DNA of 60,962 nucleotides, filler included, from Rhabdomonas costata (Eukaryota), in the NCBI GenBank assembly GCA_019059605.1. It is 15 parts of 15 records of this genome, joined end to end, with 100 filler letters (N's around TTAATTAATTAA, not from the genome) between each part and the next. Parts side by side here need not be neighbours in the genome. Positions count along the whole stretch, not along the records: positions 12,095 to 16,607 come from JAHMHO010000444.1; positions 16,708 to 20,781 come from JAHMHO010000445.1; positions 20,882 to 24,798 come from JAHMHO010000446.1; 12 more parts are not named here. One strand, 5' to 3'. The notes below the pieces were generated by a model. That model searched no databases. It saw nothing but the letters and a program-made list of their open reading frames with translations, and was not told the origin of the DNA. Made by a program: the position numbers and the translations under genes. Below, piece by piece: positions 12,169 to 24,793 of this stretch. The stretch's first letter is position 1, and each line of letters opens with the position of its first letter.

Positions 12169-13932
12169 ATGTTTGGGGTGCTGTCCGTGCGGTGGGCCTT
12201 GGTGCTGTGGAGGCGGTGCTACGTGGAGCTGTGCGAGGCCGAGGGCATGCTGAGGATCGCTGCCAGTCCCACCTCTCGCAGCGGTCTTTTGTGTGAGTGG
12301 GGTAAGAGGGGCTTTGCTTCTGCTTCTAAGAGGGGCTTCCCATCTCAAAGGAAAGAGGAGTTTCAAGCTGTGCTTTACGAGCTCGTAGCTGGGGCGGTTC
12401 CAGTCTTCCTTGAAGATTTCCTCGCAGGCCTCAGGTTATGCAGGGGACGGGAATCGGAGCAGCACTGCTCGAAGGCTGCCTCATGATGCGGTGTCATGCC
12501 ATGGTCTATTCTGTGATGATTAGACCCAAGTGCATAAAGACCATGCCCCGGTTGTTCTACTCAGAAGAACACCGTTTCGATTTATTTGCCTAGCTTTGTC
12601 GTTTAAGGGATGAAGCAGTGGCTATGATGCGCTTGCACATGATGGGAGCAGAAGCTGTTGGGCGCATTACCAGATAGGATCCCTCTGTCTTGCCAAAATG
12701 TGTTTCTGCGTTGTCATGCGCCATGCGTCGTGCGCCGCAGCGAAATGCCGATATCCAGAGCATTTGTAATCGCCCCCACCTCTGTAACCACACCGATCTC
12801 CAAAGTACACTAGGTGCTCCACTGTGCTCGGGCATCATGTGCCCTTTACCCTCTCTCTCATACAGCGGACCTGATTCCGTTGGGGGAGGTAGAGGTGCGA
12901 GTGCGCTCCTCCCGGCGGTTTTCTTTGGTGCCCCGGGGCAGCGGCCGCAGCTACCACCTCTGCACAGACACCCCGCTGCAGTGCGCGGAGTGGACCCTTG
13001 CTATCCTCGCCCTGCAGGTATGCAGCCCTGCTTCCACCCGCAAACGTGCACATTTATCCGTCCACCACTTGGAACTGACGCTTGTCACTGGGGCGGCCAA
13101 GCTACCCACCGCGTGTGGTTGCACGTATTTTTTTGTGTGCTTAAACAACACCATGAATAATTCTCCCCAGAGGGATCGCCCAGATTTCCCTGAAGTGCGA
13201 CCATGTGGTCTGCATGCCCTGCGCTGAGGTGCTCTGTGTGGACGGCGCCCTGGCTTGCCCATGCTGCACCCGCCGCACCTTCTTCCAGCAGACGGGGGCG
13301 AAGGACGGGGCGTCGCCTCGGCAGCAACCTCCCGGCCCCGCTAATGCCACCGCTCTAGCACCCGCAGGCAGCCTGGTTCGGCTGGCGACGGGGACATACT
13401 GCCCGCAGTGCGGGAAGAGCTATATGGCCCTCGCCGCCAGGTTTCTCGTGGGTGAATCCCTATTCCCCCGAAAACGGCCAAGTGAACCATGTTTTTGGCA
13501 ATATCATGACATTGGCCAAACTTGCATGCACGTGAACCCAAATTCGCCGAGACGTCCAGGAACAGTCCACGGCCGAGGAAATTTGTTGTGGGGACATGAC
13601 TGTGCTGCTCAGTTATTTGTGTTTGGGGAGCCGGATGAAAGCAACCTCCTCCTATTACCTGTGCGCAGGGTGGACACGATAATGTTTCAGACTTGCTTCA
13701 GTCGCTTTCAACGTCTTGCGCCCCTTTGCCTTCGTTGTCTTTAAGTGTTCAACCTTTTGACTTTTTCTTTAGAGGAGTTGGTCTGGCGACTTTGACGTGC
13801 GGCCACAAGCTTTGCGGGAGCTGTGCGTCGGACCTCTGGTACGCAGGTGCGGCGGCGCACTGCCCCACCTGCGCCGCAGAGGTCGAGGCCATGCCCACGC
13901 TGCCTAACTTCCGCGAGCGCGCGGATGTGTAA
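12169..13932 (+). CDS. PH-domain plus tandem RING (C3HC4) finger protein, probable E3 ligase
   Basis: Exons 12169-12283 and 12866-13017 give a PH-like domain (WRRCYVEL...IPLGEVEV...FSLV...SYHLCTDTPLQCAEWTLAI). Exons 13171-13440 and 13773-13932 give a partial RING (CDHVVCMPC...CPCC) and a complete RING (CPQC...CGHKLCGSC...CPTC). The exon 2/3 junction is unresolved. Confidence 0.75.
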
Positions 13933-15250
13933 CTCTGAAAGCAGGCCGGCACCTGCTTGACAAAAACTGGTATGGCTTTGTGGCATGGTAGCGGTTTTGC
14001 AGATCTGTGGGATTTAATGATTGTGATGTTGGGCGGTGGTGTTGGTGTCCCGTGATTGGGAAGTTTACAGAGTTAACGTTGGTCGAACGGTTTTGGGTTT
14101 CTGTACGAGGAATTCCCCAGCAGGTGTAATGTTACAAGTCTTGTGCATTTTGCGCACACTAGTCGTGCCTATAATTGATAAAAGTCGGGTGAAAACTGAC
14201 GAAGGGAATAAGATGTTACTATATTGACTGGAGCGTACCGTATTTGAACATAAAATGCTCTTCTTGCGTTTGCTGCACTTCTCCCCCTTCCGTGAGGACA
14301 CAGGTTCCACACACAAACGGTCCACTGAAATCATTATCACTGTGACATGTCACTCCTCGCTTTCCAGAGCATGAAATTGAATGTGTGTTACCTGTCCCGT
14401 TCTCAACGGCTCTTTCCTCCTTTTTTTTTCAGTTCTTCGGGGGTGTGCGACAAGAACTCTTTCGTGTCCTGCGGGGGCTTCCCTCCGCTCGATGTAATTT
14501 CTGTGCAATGACTCCGAGAAAGAGTGGAACTTTCCCAATCTTTCTGCCTCACCATCCTTCCTCGATCGTACCCAGTACCCACTAATTACCTCTTTCTTCT
14601 GAGCCCCCAACAGCTTGAGCCAACTACCTGGATTGCAATCTCTGGGGAGGCATTGTAACTCCCTTTTTTAGGATTTTTCTCACTTCTTGTAGGGATTTAT
14701 TTTTGTTGTGTTGAACTGCTACTGCTGATACTGCAACGAGTCGTCCCCGCTGCTTTGGACAGTGGTTTGACATTACTAGGTGACTTGTGACATGGGGCAG
14801 CTGTGAATCCTTTGGATTGGGGGATGTTTCGAATGCTCATGGTCACACAAATTGTCCAATGGTCCACGAAACAAAAAAGCAGAGAAGCAGAGCGAGAAAG
14901 AATTGGGAAAAAAGTAGCAGAGGGAGGAGCAGAGGACGCAGAGGAATGGGTGCACGAAACAGCAACCACAAAACCCTGGAAGTGGGAGAAACGGGGGTGT
15001 TTCCTGTACAAGTGAAAAGAGAGGTGCGAACAAGGAAAAAAAAGCCGAACTGGGGGGTGGGGGCCAAAATGTAGTTTGCAAACACAGGAAAGTAACGTCT
15101 CCAAGGGAGCACCACAAAATCTGTTGGGAAATGCCCTGGACTTTAAAAACCCGTCTGGGCTGCAATCCGGGGTGTCGTATCCCCTGTCGATTTTGAATAT
15201 TGGTCGAGGACAAACTCACACACATGGACAACACAGACTGGCAGACAGAC

Positions 15251-15796
15251 CAGCTTCAGCCTGCGGGCCTTCAGCGGGGTGGCGTACAGCCGGGTGGCAA
15301 CCTCCATGGCAATCTCCTTCTCGGGCTTCTCCCGCTTGTGCGGGGAGCTGACGGGCACGAAGGGCGCACGCACAGTGGAAAGCGGAGCAGAGTATGGGAA
15401 ATGAATCCCTGACTCAACCAGCCCCAAAGTTGAGGAGACAAAGAGGTCCACATCCGGTACTTTATCAAACCACACACAAACAAAAGGTCTTCGCCATTGG
15501 CATTGGTGCCAAATATTGGCGCAAACAATGGGAGTCTTTTAAAAACAGGAAGGCAGAAAAAAGTTGGATACATTGTTGCTGGAGTTTGGAACGCTGGGGG
15601 CCACACAGTTTCGTGAGCATGCACACCAGTGCGGGCTGGCCTTAAGGATGGTCTCACGGAGCCTCTCCCGCCGCTCCCTGCGGGAGGCCAGGGCGTGGTA
15701 GTAGTAGCGGTTCGCGGCCTCCCTCATGGCGGCATGAGTGCGGAGCTTCTGCGCTGCTTGAGCGGACCGCTGGCCTCCATCGGCCCGAGGGAAGGC
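15251..15796 (-). CDS. Exons of a hypothetical basic protein
   Basis: Exons 15796-15627 and 15347-15251 join in phase 2: AMREAANRYYYHALASRRERRERLRETILKASPH/CSPHKREKPEKEIAMEVATRLYATPLKARRLKL. Confidence 0.5.
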
Positions 15797-16192
15797 CTAA
15801 AATAACAATCAGCTCGAAATGTCAGTTGCAGTTTCCTCAACTATCCCTTCCTTCCCGTGACCGATTTGTTATCCGGACCCTTTCGCTAGACACGTTTTTG
15901 TTAGAAACCCACACCTCACTATCCTCTTTGGCATCGTCGATTTTCTCGGTTTTCTTTTATTACTATTGTGTTTTTTCCGTTTTGCGAACCAAACATCCGC
16001 GCCTGCTCTCTCATCCCTCCTCCTTGCCCACTTGTTGCCCCAGGTCTGAGATGAGACTGTTTTATGCTCCGTTCCCCGTGCTGATGACACTGAACCCATT
16101 ACGGCCGAGGATTAGTGAACTTTCCTCAACTCTAAGGACTTGTCATCTGATCGGGCAGGTACCCTAGCTAGCCCTTGTTCATGGCACTTGTA

Positions 16193-16201
16193 GTGTGTGT
16201 G

Positions 16202-16245
<44 letters not shown>
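16193..16245. repeat. (GT)n microsatellite
   Basis: About 26 GT units with one interruption. Similar tracts occur in VAC14 introns around 19078-19108 and 19182-19214. Confidence 0.95.
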
Positions 16246-16246
<1 letters not shown>

Positions 16247-16724
16247 AAACACACATAAACGGACTCCACTGTTTTCAGAAAGCGTCGAACGTGGTTCATA
16301 CAGAAGGTTCATGACGCGAGTAGAGGGCAATGTTGCGTCCCTGTGGTTCAAACAGCTGATTCGAACGGGGTCAGAGGTTGGATGTTCTGGGGGGTTTCGA
16401 TTAGGTTTCTTCTTTGCAGGGAGTCAGAGGGCGATGCACAGTCCAGGAGGGGGAAACAGGGGAAAATAGTCCCCGTGAGAGCAGCAGACAATTCCAGTTC
16501 TTAGATGCCTACCCCTGGAAAATGCGTGAATCTGACTTTACAAGGGTACCTCTGGTGCGGGTACCCCCCACCACCCGAACAAGTACGCGCCACCTTACAA
16601 AAACCCCNNNNNNNNNNNNNNNNNNNNNNNNNNNNNNNNNNNNNNNNNNNNTTAATTAATTAANNNNNNNNNNNNNNNNNNNNNNNNNNNNNNNNNNNNN
16701 NNNNNNNGGGGTGGGGGGCAGAAC

Positions 16725-19075
16725 CCTCCTCCTTGTCGGATATGCACGGCAGAATCGCCCCGATGAGCTCCGCCAGGTGGGGGTGCAAGGCCTGCTTGCC
16801 CGCTTCCAGGAACTCCAGCAACCACGACACCGCAGTCAGGCGCACCTTGTCCTCTACGAAAAGTCAAAAATCACAGCTGAGTGGTCAATACAATGTATAC
16901 AATCACACCAATTGTCACCCTACAGTCTTCACGGCGCTGCGTCGGCGCTGTGGTCGATTGAGCTTTGGCAGAGAGGGCTAGACAGGGTTGACACGAGACA
17001 TCCAACACATTCGAGCAAAGTTGGCACCAGTCAACGCCAGCAAAAAGTAACGCGAAAGAAACGGGCCACGAGAGTGGAACTGCAAACTGTTTACTATACA
17101 AAACGGCACTTCAGCCCGTGAAGAAGCTCAGGATTACATTTTTGGTTTCTTGAAAACCGTCGTCACCACATTGAGGCTGTGAAATAGTTCCCGCTGTGTG
17201 TAAAGTAGAGTATATACACTTCCCTGTATAGGGACCTTACCTGGAATACAAACCCGTTTTTCTGGACGAGTGGTCGCTGTCCACGCAACCCGAATGAGGC
17301 ATGATAAAAACGAGGACAGCAAGGCTTCCTCACCATACCAACTGCACGTGGTGCACTGTGGTGCGCTCGACGAGGTGACACTTCTCAACTTAGGTATATG
17401 TTTGTTGGTTTTCGCACTCCCGAACACGACGCATTTTATGGATTCGGCGCCCGCTCACTATCGCGAAAACGCACGACAAAGCAATAATTGTCCGCCATCA
17501 TTGCCACTTCTGAGTCCACGGCGACGACGATTTTGATGCTCTGATACACGGCAGCGAAGAAGGATCGAGTGTGCAAGACCACAACGGGGGACCAGTAGTT
17601 CGCCCAGTCAAGGCAATGACCGTGTGCAAAAACAAGGCAACTCGCAAAAAAAACTTACTTAGGCCCACCTCTCGACAGATGCCGTGCCGCTTCAACCAAG
17701 CTATCTCAAGCCGTCTCGTAACCACTCCTTCAATCTCTTGATCGCTGACGTCAGGGACGTCTTTCTCATCCGTGACGCCCTCCTCTTGTTTTGTTGCCTT
17801 TTGCCTTTCAATTGCTCGAAGAAGCGCCACTCTCTACTGATAAAAACGATGCTTTCTTGGTGCCACTCGCGGAGAAGCTCAGATGATAAAAGTATTTCAT
17901 TCGTGAATTTTCAAACATAAGTTCACACCCTGGGCACGTTCTTTCCCCAATTCAATCAGCTCAAACAGCTTAACCTACACAAAGTACTTGAAACGGGCAG
18001 AACAACCTTTGAGGGAGCAGTGCTCAATGAGAATGCTCACCAAGGGGCCGTACTCTGGCGCAGCCTCCCCCTCATGGACTTCCCTGCGCCGTGATGCCCG
18101 AAAACGTTTCACAAATCACCACAAAATATCGCCCGCGCCACCTTTTTTGAGGCGTACTGTAAAGGAGGCGCTTTTACCATACAAGAGAAAAAGGTTGCAT
18201 TAAACAGCATGGTTGTTGGGAACATGTATCTTTGCAAACGGCGCACTGAAATGCGACATAGTGAAATGGTTTTCTCTCACGTCACGCGAGTATGCGGTCT
18301 TTCAGGAATTTTTCAGCATTTTTTGGACATTAAAACGACCTTATGAGTGTCGTCCCATCCCGCCTTTGACATTCCCTGGTCAGTTTTTGTAGAATTATCG
18401 TTTCGGCTGTTACCCTCAATTTTGACATATGACGCGCACCATCAATGGTAATCAAGATCAGCAAAGAGAGAAAGCAGCAGTTGCCCGCAAACATTATTCA
18501 TCAAGGCGAAGCGAAGCACGAGGTCGGATTGGCATCCCGTTCCGTTACCAAGAGGGGTTGACATAAACACCCACCCACAAAACACGTCACGGCCACACAA
18601 GGTACTTCTTGAGGTCGTCGAGGAGGGTCTCCGTGGACTGCACGATCTCTCGGTTGCGGTCGCTCAAAATCGACAGCAGCCCGGCGAGGTACTAAGAGAC
18701 CGAGGCACCGAGAGTATTCACAAGGGTGAGAACCAAACTGCTGACACCGAAACCTGCGGACATTCCTGGGAAGGGCTCTCATCTCAAAAGGCGCTCGTTA
18801 CCTTTGTTACCGTCACGAGCCCAACAAAGCAGAAGTACTTATGAACCTGCGCCTTGCCTTCCAGTCCAGGAAGTCACAGAAAAACCCTTCATCCCGCTAT
18901 CAAAGCATCAGAGAAAGAGGGCTGACACTCAAAAAGTCGCTAAACAGAGCTTTGAAAAAAAGTACCTAACCCGATGTTTCAAAGAATCACGCTAAGAAAG
19001 ACACCAGCCTGGGGCAAATGACCTATTCGTCAACTGGATTACATCCTTGATCCCTTTCTGGGGTTGAGGTGTTTG

Positions 19076-19112
<37 letters not shown>

Positions 19113-19953
19113 GCGCTGCTCGGGTCCATGAGGCTCCGCCCTCCTTTTTGGGGAGGCTTCTCTTCTTGTGTGACAATGAGAGTGTGGGTGTGTGTGTGTG
19201 TGGGTGTGGGTGTGAGAGTCATCGCACCTCTGGGAGGTGCCGCACCACGCCCATTTCCGGCACGGAGTCCAAGGCCTGCACCCAGGACACCAGACACTGC
19301 CGAACATACGGATTGTTCGACGAGAGGTGCTTCTTCACCAGAGCGATGAACCTATGCGTGTCGGAGGGTGGGCTTGTGAGAGAGAAAGCACTGCAGTATT
19401 TTTTGGAGGGGAGTGGTGCGAATATATTGTCATAAACAATTGGGTATAGAGCGGGACTCCGCATCACCGCATCGGGTTGGACGTCTTGCTGCAGGACCTC
19501 AGCACAGGAGCGGCCTTTTACGAAAACGTTTACAATTTTGCAAAAAAATTTTTTAACGAAACTTCTCTCTGCAACCCACGTGCAGGCGTACCGTACATCG
19601 ATGAAAGGGTTCTTCTCTTCAGTTCGCGCAATTCACGCCGCTCATTACTGCTCCTGTGAGCCGGCCGCTTTCCCGACTTCGGCTTCCTGACTGCTGGTCT
19701 CCATGCAGGGTTTACCGATATCTGCGCGGGCCCAACTAACCTGCCGATCGCCTAACTTCGAAATAACTGACTTTCCTCTCTGCCCAAACACATCCTCAGA
19801 CCGTAACCCATTTAAAGCCCGCATGACAATCCAAACCTGGGAACGTCAAAGTTCTCTGCCTCCGTGGCGATTCCCTTGATAAAGCGATCCAGGGTGTAGG
19901 TCGCGTTCTGCACCTTTGGCTCGCTGTCCGCACATAACTGTGCGCGTGTTTGC

Positions 19954-19988
<35 letters not shown>

Positions 19989-20331
19989 CGGCCTTGCCAA
20001 GGCATTGAGACATGCAATAGGGGTTGTAGGAAATTGTTTATCGCATCATCATACCTCAACAACATTATCGTTATCTGCTTATCACACTGAGAGCCCAACC
20101 ATACACACATGCGCGCGCGCACGCACACACACACACACATACACACACAGGACTCACCCGCACAAGGCCGTCGAAGAGGTCCCCGAAGAGGCCCACCGAG
20201 AGAAGCTCCCCGCGGGCCACCTTGGCGATGTTGTACATCGTCTCACAGGCATGGAACCGCACCATTGGGTCCTGGTCACCGAAACAACGCAGTACGGGGT
20301 GCACGAGCTCGGCCAGGAAGGGGCGAATCTC
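16725..20331 (-). CDS. VAC14: VAC14 (PIKfyve/Fab1 complex HEAT-repeat scaffold), internal exons
   Basis: Exons 20331-20158, 19937-19837, 19351-19228, 18691-18597, 18083-18007 and 16853-16725 are all phase-compatible: PVLRCFGDQDPMVRFHACETMYNIAKVAR...LCADSEPKVQNATYTLDRFIK...NNPYVRQCLVSWVQALDSVP...YLAGLLSILSD...VRLTAVSWLLEF...AILPCISD. Confidence 0.96.
18310..18437 (-). repeat. Dispersed intronic repeat, copy A (in a VAC14 intron)
   Basis: Shares GACATTAAAACGAC(C/A)TTATGAGTGT and GAATTATCGTTTCGGCTG, in colinear order, with the reverse complement of 24678-24793 on another contig. Confidence 0.8.
19938..20157 (-). other. GT-AG intron with complementary (GU)n(GC)n 5' end and (GC)n(AC)n 3' end
   Basis: The pre-mRNA intron starts GTGAGTCCTGTGTGTGTATGTGTGTGTGTGTGTGCGTGCGCGCGCGCA and ends CGCGCGCGCGCACACACAC...ACGCAAACACGCGCACAG. 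Its borders are fixed by VAC14 reading frame and homology. Confidence 0.9.
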
Positions 20332-22923
20332 CTGTGGTGCGCCGCCCAACACACACAGTGCTGAGTGGAATGGCTGTGCAAACTTGGCCCGACAACCACA
20401 ACGGCTGAATTAACAGGTTGCTTTAGTTTTGGTGGACAACTGAAGGGATGTCTGGACGAAGTAACCAACACATTGGTGGGGGCAATTTGGTCACCGCAAG
20501 TCAGACCACCGCTAAAGACGCACATGACGCCAACGGACACATCGCTGCCCGTCCTATAAGCAGATGGCTCTGGCCCGCTCTGGCCCATTCCGAATGACAG
20601 ACACAGAGTGCGTGAGTGAGAGGACTGAGAAGTTTTCAGCGCTCCGTTCCCTGTGTGAGCACCGCCAGATTCCCTGTAAACAGGCCGACACCCTTATTTT
20701 CCGCAACCTTTTATCCTCCCCCTCGGAATTCAATGGTATTAACGGTGGGAGGAAAGCAAAAGATGGAAATGCACAACAAAANNNNNNNNNNNNNNNNNNN
20801 NNNNNNNNNNNNNNNNNNNNNNNNNTTAATTAATTAANNNNNNNNNNNNNNNNNNNNNNNNNNNNNNNNNNNNNNNNNNNNGTGGTGGGTGTGTTTGGTG
20901 TGGGTTTTTTAAAAGGAATTTCGCTCATTCGTGAACATGTCATCAAGATTTCCAGGTAAATACCGCAAGCTACTACGTTCTATGCGCGAAATAAAATCGG
21001 ATTTTTTGTGTGGGATTGTACATATTCCACTGTGTGCCCAATGTTGTAGGATCAGTTTTCAGCCGTCGGATCAACTTTTTTGATTGCCTTCAATTTGAGA
21101 CAAATGTAAACCTTGGGTGTCAAATTTTTATCGCTCAATAATTGCGTTGGTTGCGAGTTGTCTTCGATGGTTTCGTCGAGTCGTGGACACTGCAAACTCA
21201 CTGCAAACTGGCTTCACGGACCTGCTCTAGCCCAGGCCCTTAAGAAAAAAGGGGGATTTCATTGTTCCTCTGTTTCCACTTACCCCTCTGTTACCGATCT
21301 CGAACATGCGCAACCTCAACCGTTTCGCAGCCTAACACACCATCTCCTAACACACCAGGGAAGCGGCCCAAGCTGCGTTTAGCTGCTGGCCGCTTCAGCG
21401 ACTGGTAGCGCGCCACTAAAGCTGCCGATAACGGCCTTCAAAACCGCGTCTTCCAGCGTTCCGTGGCACAACAGGAAGCGAACAGCCCCTGTTTCTGGAA
21501 GCGTTTCCGTTCCCCAGTGTTTCTTAGTTATCACCGCCTGCGGTTCCTCACCGGTGGCCTTTCTGTGTGAGTGTGGGCCTCATACAATCAGAGCGAAAAA
21601 GAGAAGATCCAGGCTCTATGGAGAAGCCGCTTTTTGCCATCTGTCGCCATCTGTCTCGCTGGTGGAAAGTTGAAAAGGGTAACAAATGTAAGTTACTGCT
21701 TTTCTTTTCCCCCAGCCAATAGTTGCAAAAGCAGTGGCTTTGGGTGCAATACAACGGCTGATAACTGTTACGTTTGTCGTTTTTTCCGCATCTCCTTTTT
21801 ATGCAGCTGTTTCTGCAGCGCCTTTACGTTCTTGTGTCATTTTGATGAGATGGCGACTGGTGTGCTGTGCAGTTTATTGTACAGTTGTACGTTTTTTCTT
21901 GCTCATTTCCAAGTAAGGAAGACAGAAGTGTCGTAATTGCCAAATAGGTCGACTTCTTGAGTTCGAAAAGGCTCCATTTTGACCAATTAGCTCCAAGGAA
22001 AAAGTCCTGTTATTTCCTGTCAGTCCAGGCCACATTTGAACCGTCCTTCAGTCAAAGCCAACAATAGCCATCTCTGGTTTCCCAACCGCGCTTTTGCTGC
22101 TGCTTTGGGAGTCAACGTGAGTTGCTCCCAAGGGGCTGTTGAAGATGGAGATTGCTCGTTCCTTTTTGGTACACATTGGACCGTATTAGACTTGCCTCAT
22201 ATCGCGTTGCTCTGTTTGCACGGCGTCGTGGTTCATTTTCCCCCCCCCTCTCTCTCTCTTTCTCTCCATTGCTTTTTTGAGTTGTTTTTTCTGGTTCCTT
22301 GGCACCCTGCAGCAAGTTTCTCGCTGAAGCGCAGTCGCGAGGAAGAAGTTGCGCCAGAGCAGTCCAGTCAAGAAAAGGGTTTGCCTTCATCCTCTTCAGG
22401 TTCTCCCACTCCGTCTCGTTGGGTGCGTCTCGAAGTCACCCAATCAAGTAATTCCATGTAAATCGGCTAACTGCATCCATCTTCATGGTATCTCATGGTA
22501 TCTCCTTTTTCAGCGGGTAAATCGGATCCAGGTCGTTATTACTCTCTGACTGTTTGTGACGAGAGATAAACTTTGCCAGGCTGAACGCAGAGAGCGTTCC
22601 AAGTTCCCTGGGTGAGTGGGTGCCATTTTGCGACGCTTTTGAGGATTCTTTGGGCGCGGGCTTGGTTTGTTAGCAGGTCCCCCCCTCTTTAAAGCAGTGC
22701 GATAAAATTTATGGGGATCACTATAAAATTTTAAGTGAGTGCAAAACAAAAGATATTTTGTGAGTTGGCGGCTTCCATTCTATCTCTTGTCTGCAGAGAA
22801 ATAATAGGCTCCCCTCATCTTTTTTGCCGTGTCTTACATCACCCCCGACTCACACACCCAAATAAATCATGCCAAGACGTAATCTTTCGTCTGGGGGAAT
22901 CTCTCAAGGTCAGTGGTTTTCAG

Positions 22924-24553
22924 ACCTTCTTGTTGGACATGGACTCTCGCTGCGGGGGTCGTCAGCGCTCTCCGAGGTTCCACGCGCAGAAAGACTTCGC
23001 GCTGCACTTGGGGCGAAAACCACTTGGAGCACTTACTTGAATTCGGCCAAGAAACCGCAAGGTCCCCTGCCCTGATCCTAACTCTGTTGCGATTGGCGGT
23101 TGGTTTGTGGTTCTGTGCACTTTCCTGCACTCAGGAATTCAGAGGGGTTCCAAAACAGACTTTTAAACCAACTTCAGTGCCAAAAAGTTGGTACTTTTGC
23201 CACAATCATACCTGTTTGCCAGAGAATTTTTTGGGGTTTAAATTTGGAGATTGCAGGGTCCATTAAAATCCACTTGAGCGAATGCCACCCAACTGCGTTT
23301 GTTTTCCTGTCACCCCGCATCCCATTGCTTGTACTCCACCTCACGTCACACCAGTGCTGTAGGACTCTCTGATTGAGGACCCACGCTGCGCGCAACTTAG
23401 GTTAAGGGCCGCTTCTCCTTCAGTCATCATTCTCACGAGTGTTTCTATGTGTTTCTTTCTGATTCAAACCACAAACGACTGTCAAAGAGGAAAACCTATG
23501 CGAATCGAAACTGCGCAACTGCCACCCAGCCACGACGCTGGTGGTGTCATAGTTATGTGAGCGTTTTCCGCTGATCAAAAGTTGCACTCGTCTGAGTGCA
23601 AAAGAGCGCATGTCTCCGCCCCCCCCCCCAATCTTTGAACTATTATCATGGGCATTTTCTGCTTCTCATTCAGCTTTAATTGGAGTTATGCGATTTGCGA
23701 TGGGAGTGCTCTATGATCGCGACGAGCTGGACGGGCAAGGCAACTCCACCTTTGAGGCTGTCTCGAAGGAGGCTGTTGAGGTGAGAACCCCCCCCCCCCT
23801 TCGGAAAGGATAGCATAGGCGTTGCCTGAATTCACATCTGACCGATGAGCTTAAAGTGAGTTCCGCGGAACTTCTGCCAGCCGACGACTCTTCTTTAAGC
23901 CTCCCAGACGACCCGATGGCCTTTTAAAAGAATGTGAGACGAATGGAAGGGATTAGATGTTGTGTTGTGTTGTTTCGTGTTCTGAAAAGCTGCTCAACAG
24001 GCCATGGTTTTTGTTCGTTTCCGAATATTTTAGGAATTTGCGGAGACCTTCGCGTCCAGTGCCGGCTGTCGTTTCCTGAAGGAAGCTGTGCCTGGTTTCC
24101 TTTCTGGATGCCGACGGTCGCTTTACGTCAACGCGGTTGCCGTGTGTACCTTCCTGACCGCCCTGGCCGCTCACCTTCAGAACCCCCAGCATGGTGTACT
24201 GAGTCACTCTCTTGCTATAACGTGATTTTTGCATGTTTTTCTCATGAATTTGCATTTAGGAAAGCTGGGGACAAAGCAAAACAGTAAAAGGGCCCTTCCA
24301 GGACAAAAAAATTAGTTTGCAAAGTTGCCAAAAAAGAGTAAAAGGGCCTTCGACAATTTCCCGATCATTTCGGGATGCGGCAATCCAAAATGCCATTCGC
24401 GCCATTGAGGCGAATTTTATATGCTCTTTTGCAGAGCTGCAGCAGCTTCAGGGTGCCATTCAAGAGATCTATGACAAGGCTCCGCCGGAGAAGCGGAAAG
24501 ACGGGCGCTTGCTTGCCGCAGTGCTCACCTTGGAGAAGCAGATCGCGCGAAAG
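22924..24553 (+). CDS. Multi-exon hypothetical protein (partial)
   Basis: Phase-compatible GT-AG exons 22924-23061, 23674-23780, 24034-24094, 24435-24553: ...AERLRAALGAKTTWSTYL...ALIGVMRFAMGVLYDRDEL...EFAETFASSAGCRFLKEAVP/ELQQLQGAIQEIYDKAPPEKRKDGRLLAAVLTLEKQIARK. More upstream exons are likely (~21400-22611) but I could not resolve them. Confidence 0.6.
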
Positions 24554-24677
24554 GTGAGGATTCTTCGACGAAGTGCCAAGTTAAAGAAACGCTTCGCGGT
24601 TGATGCCGAAATGTGTCTGGCGACATCTGACGATATCTGAGTCTATTTGTCACCGTCTGACGCCTTCTAATACTATA

Positions 24678-24793
24678 GCGCGTGTTGCCAGAAGTGAGAG
24701 CTTCAGCCGAAACGATAATTCCTTTAAAACCCGACCACGGCGAGATGTTATAACACTCATAATGTCGTTTTAATGTCGGAAAAGCCCGAAAAC
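24678..24793 (+). repeat. Dispersed intronic repeat, copy B
   Basis: CAGCCGAAACGATAATTC (24704-24721) and ACACTCATAATGTCGTTTTAATGTC (24753-24777) match copy A at 18310-18437 in reverse complement. Confidence 0.8.
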
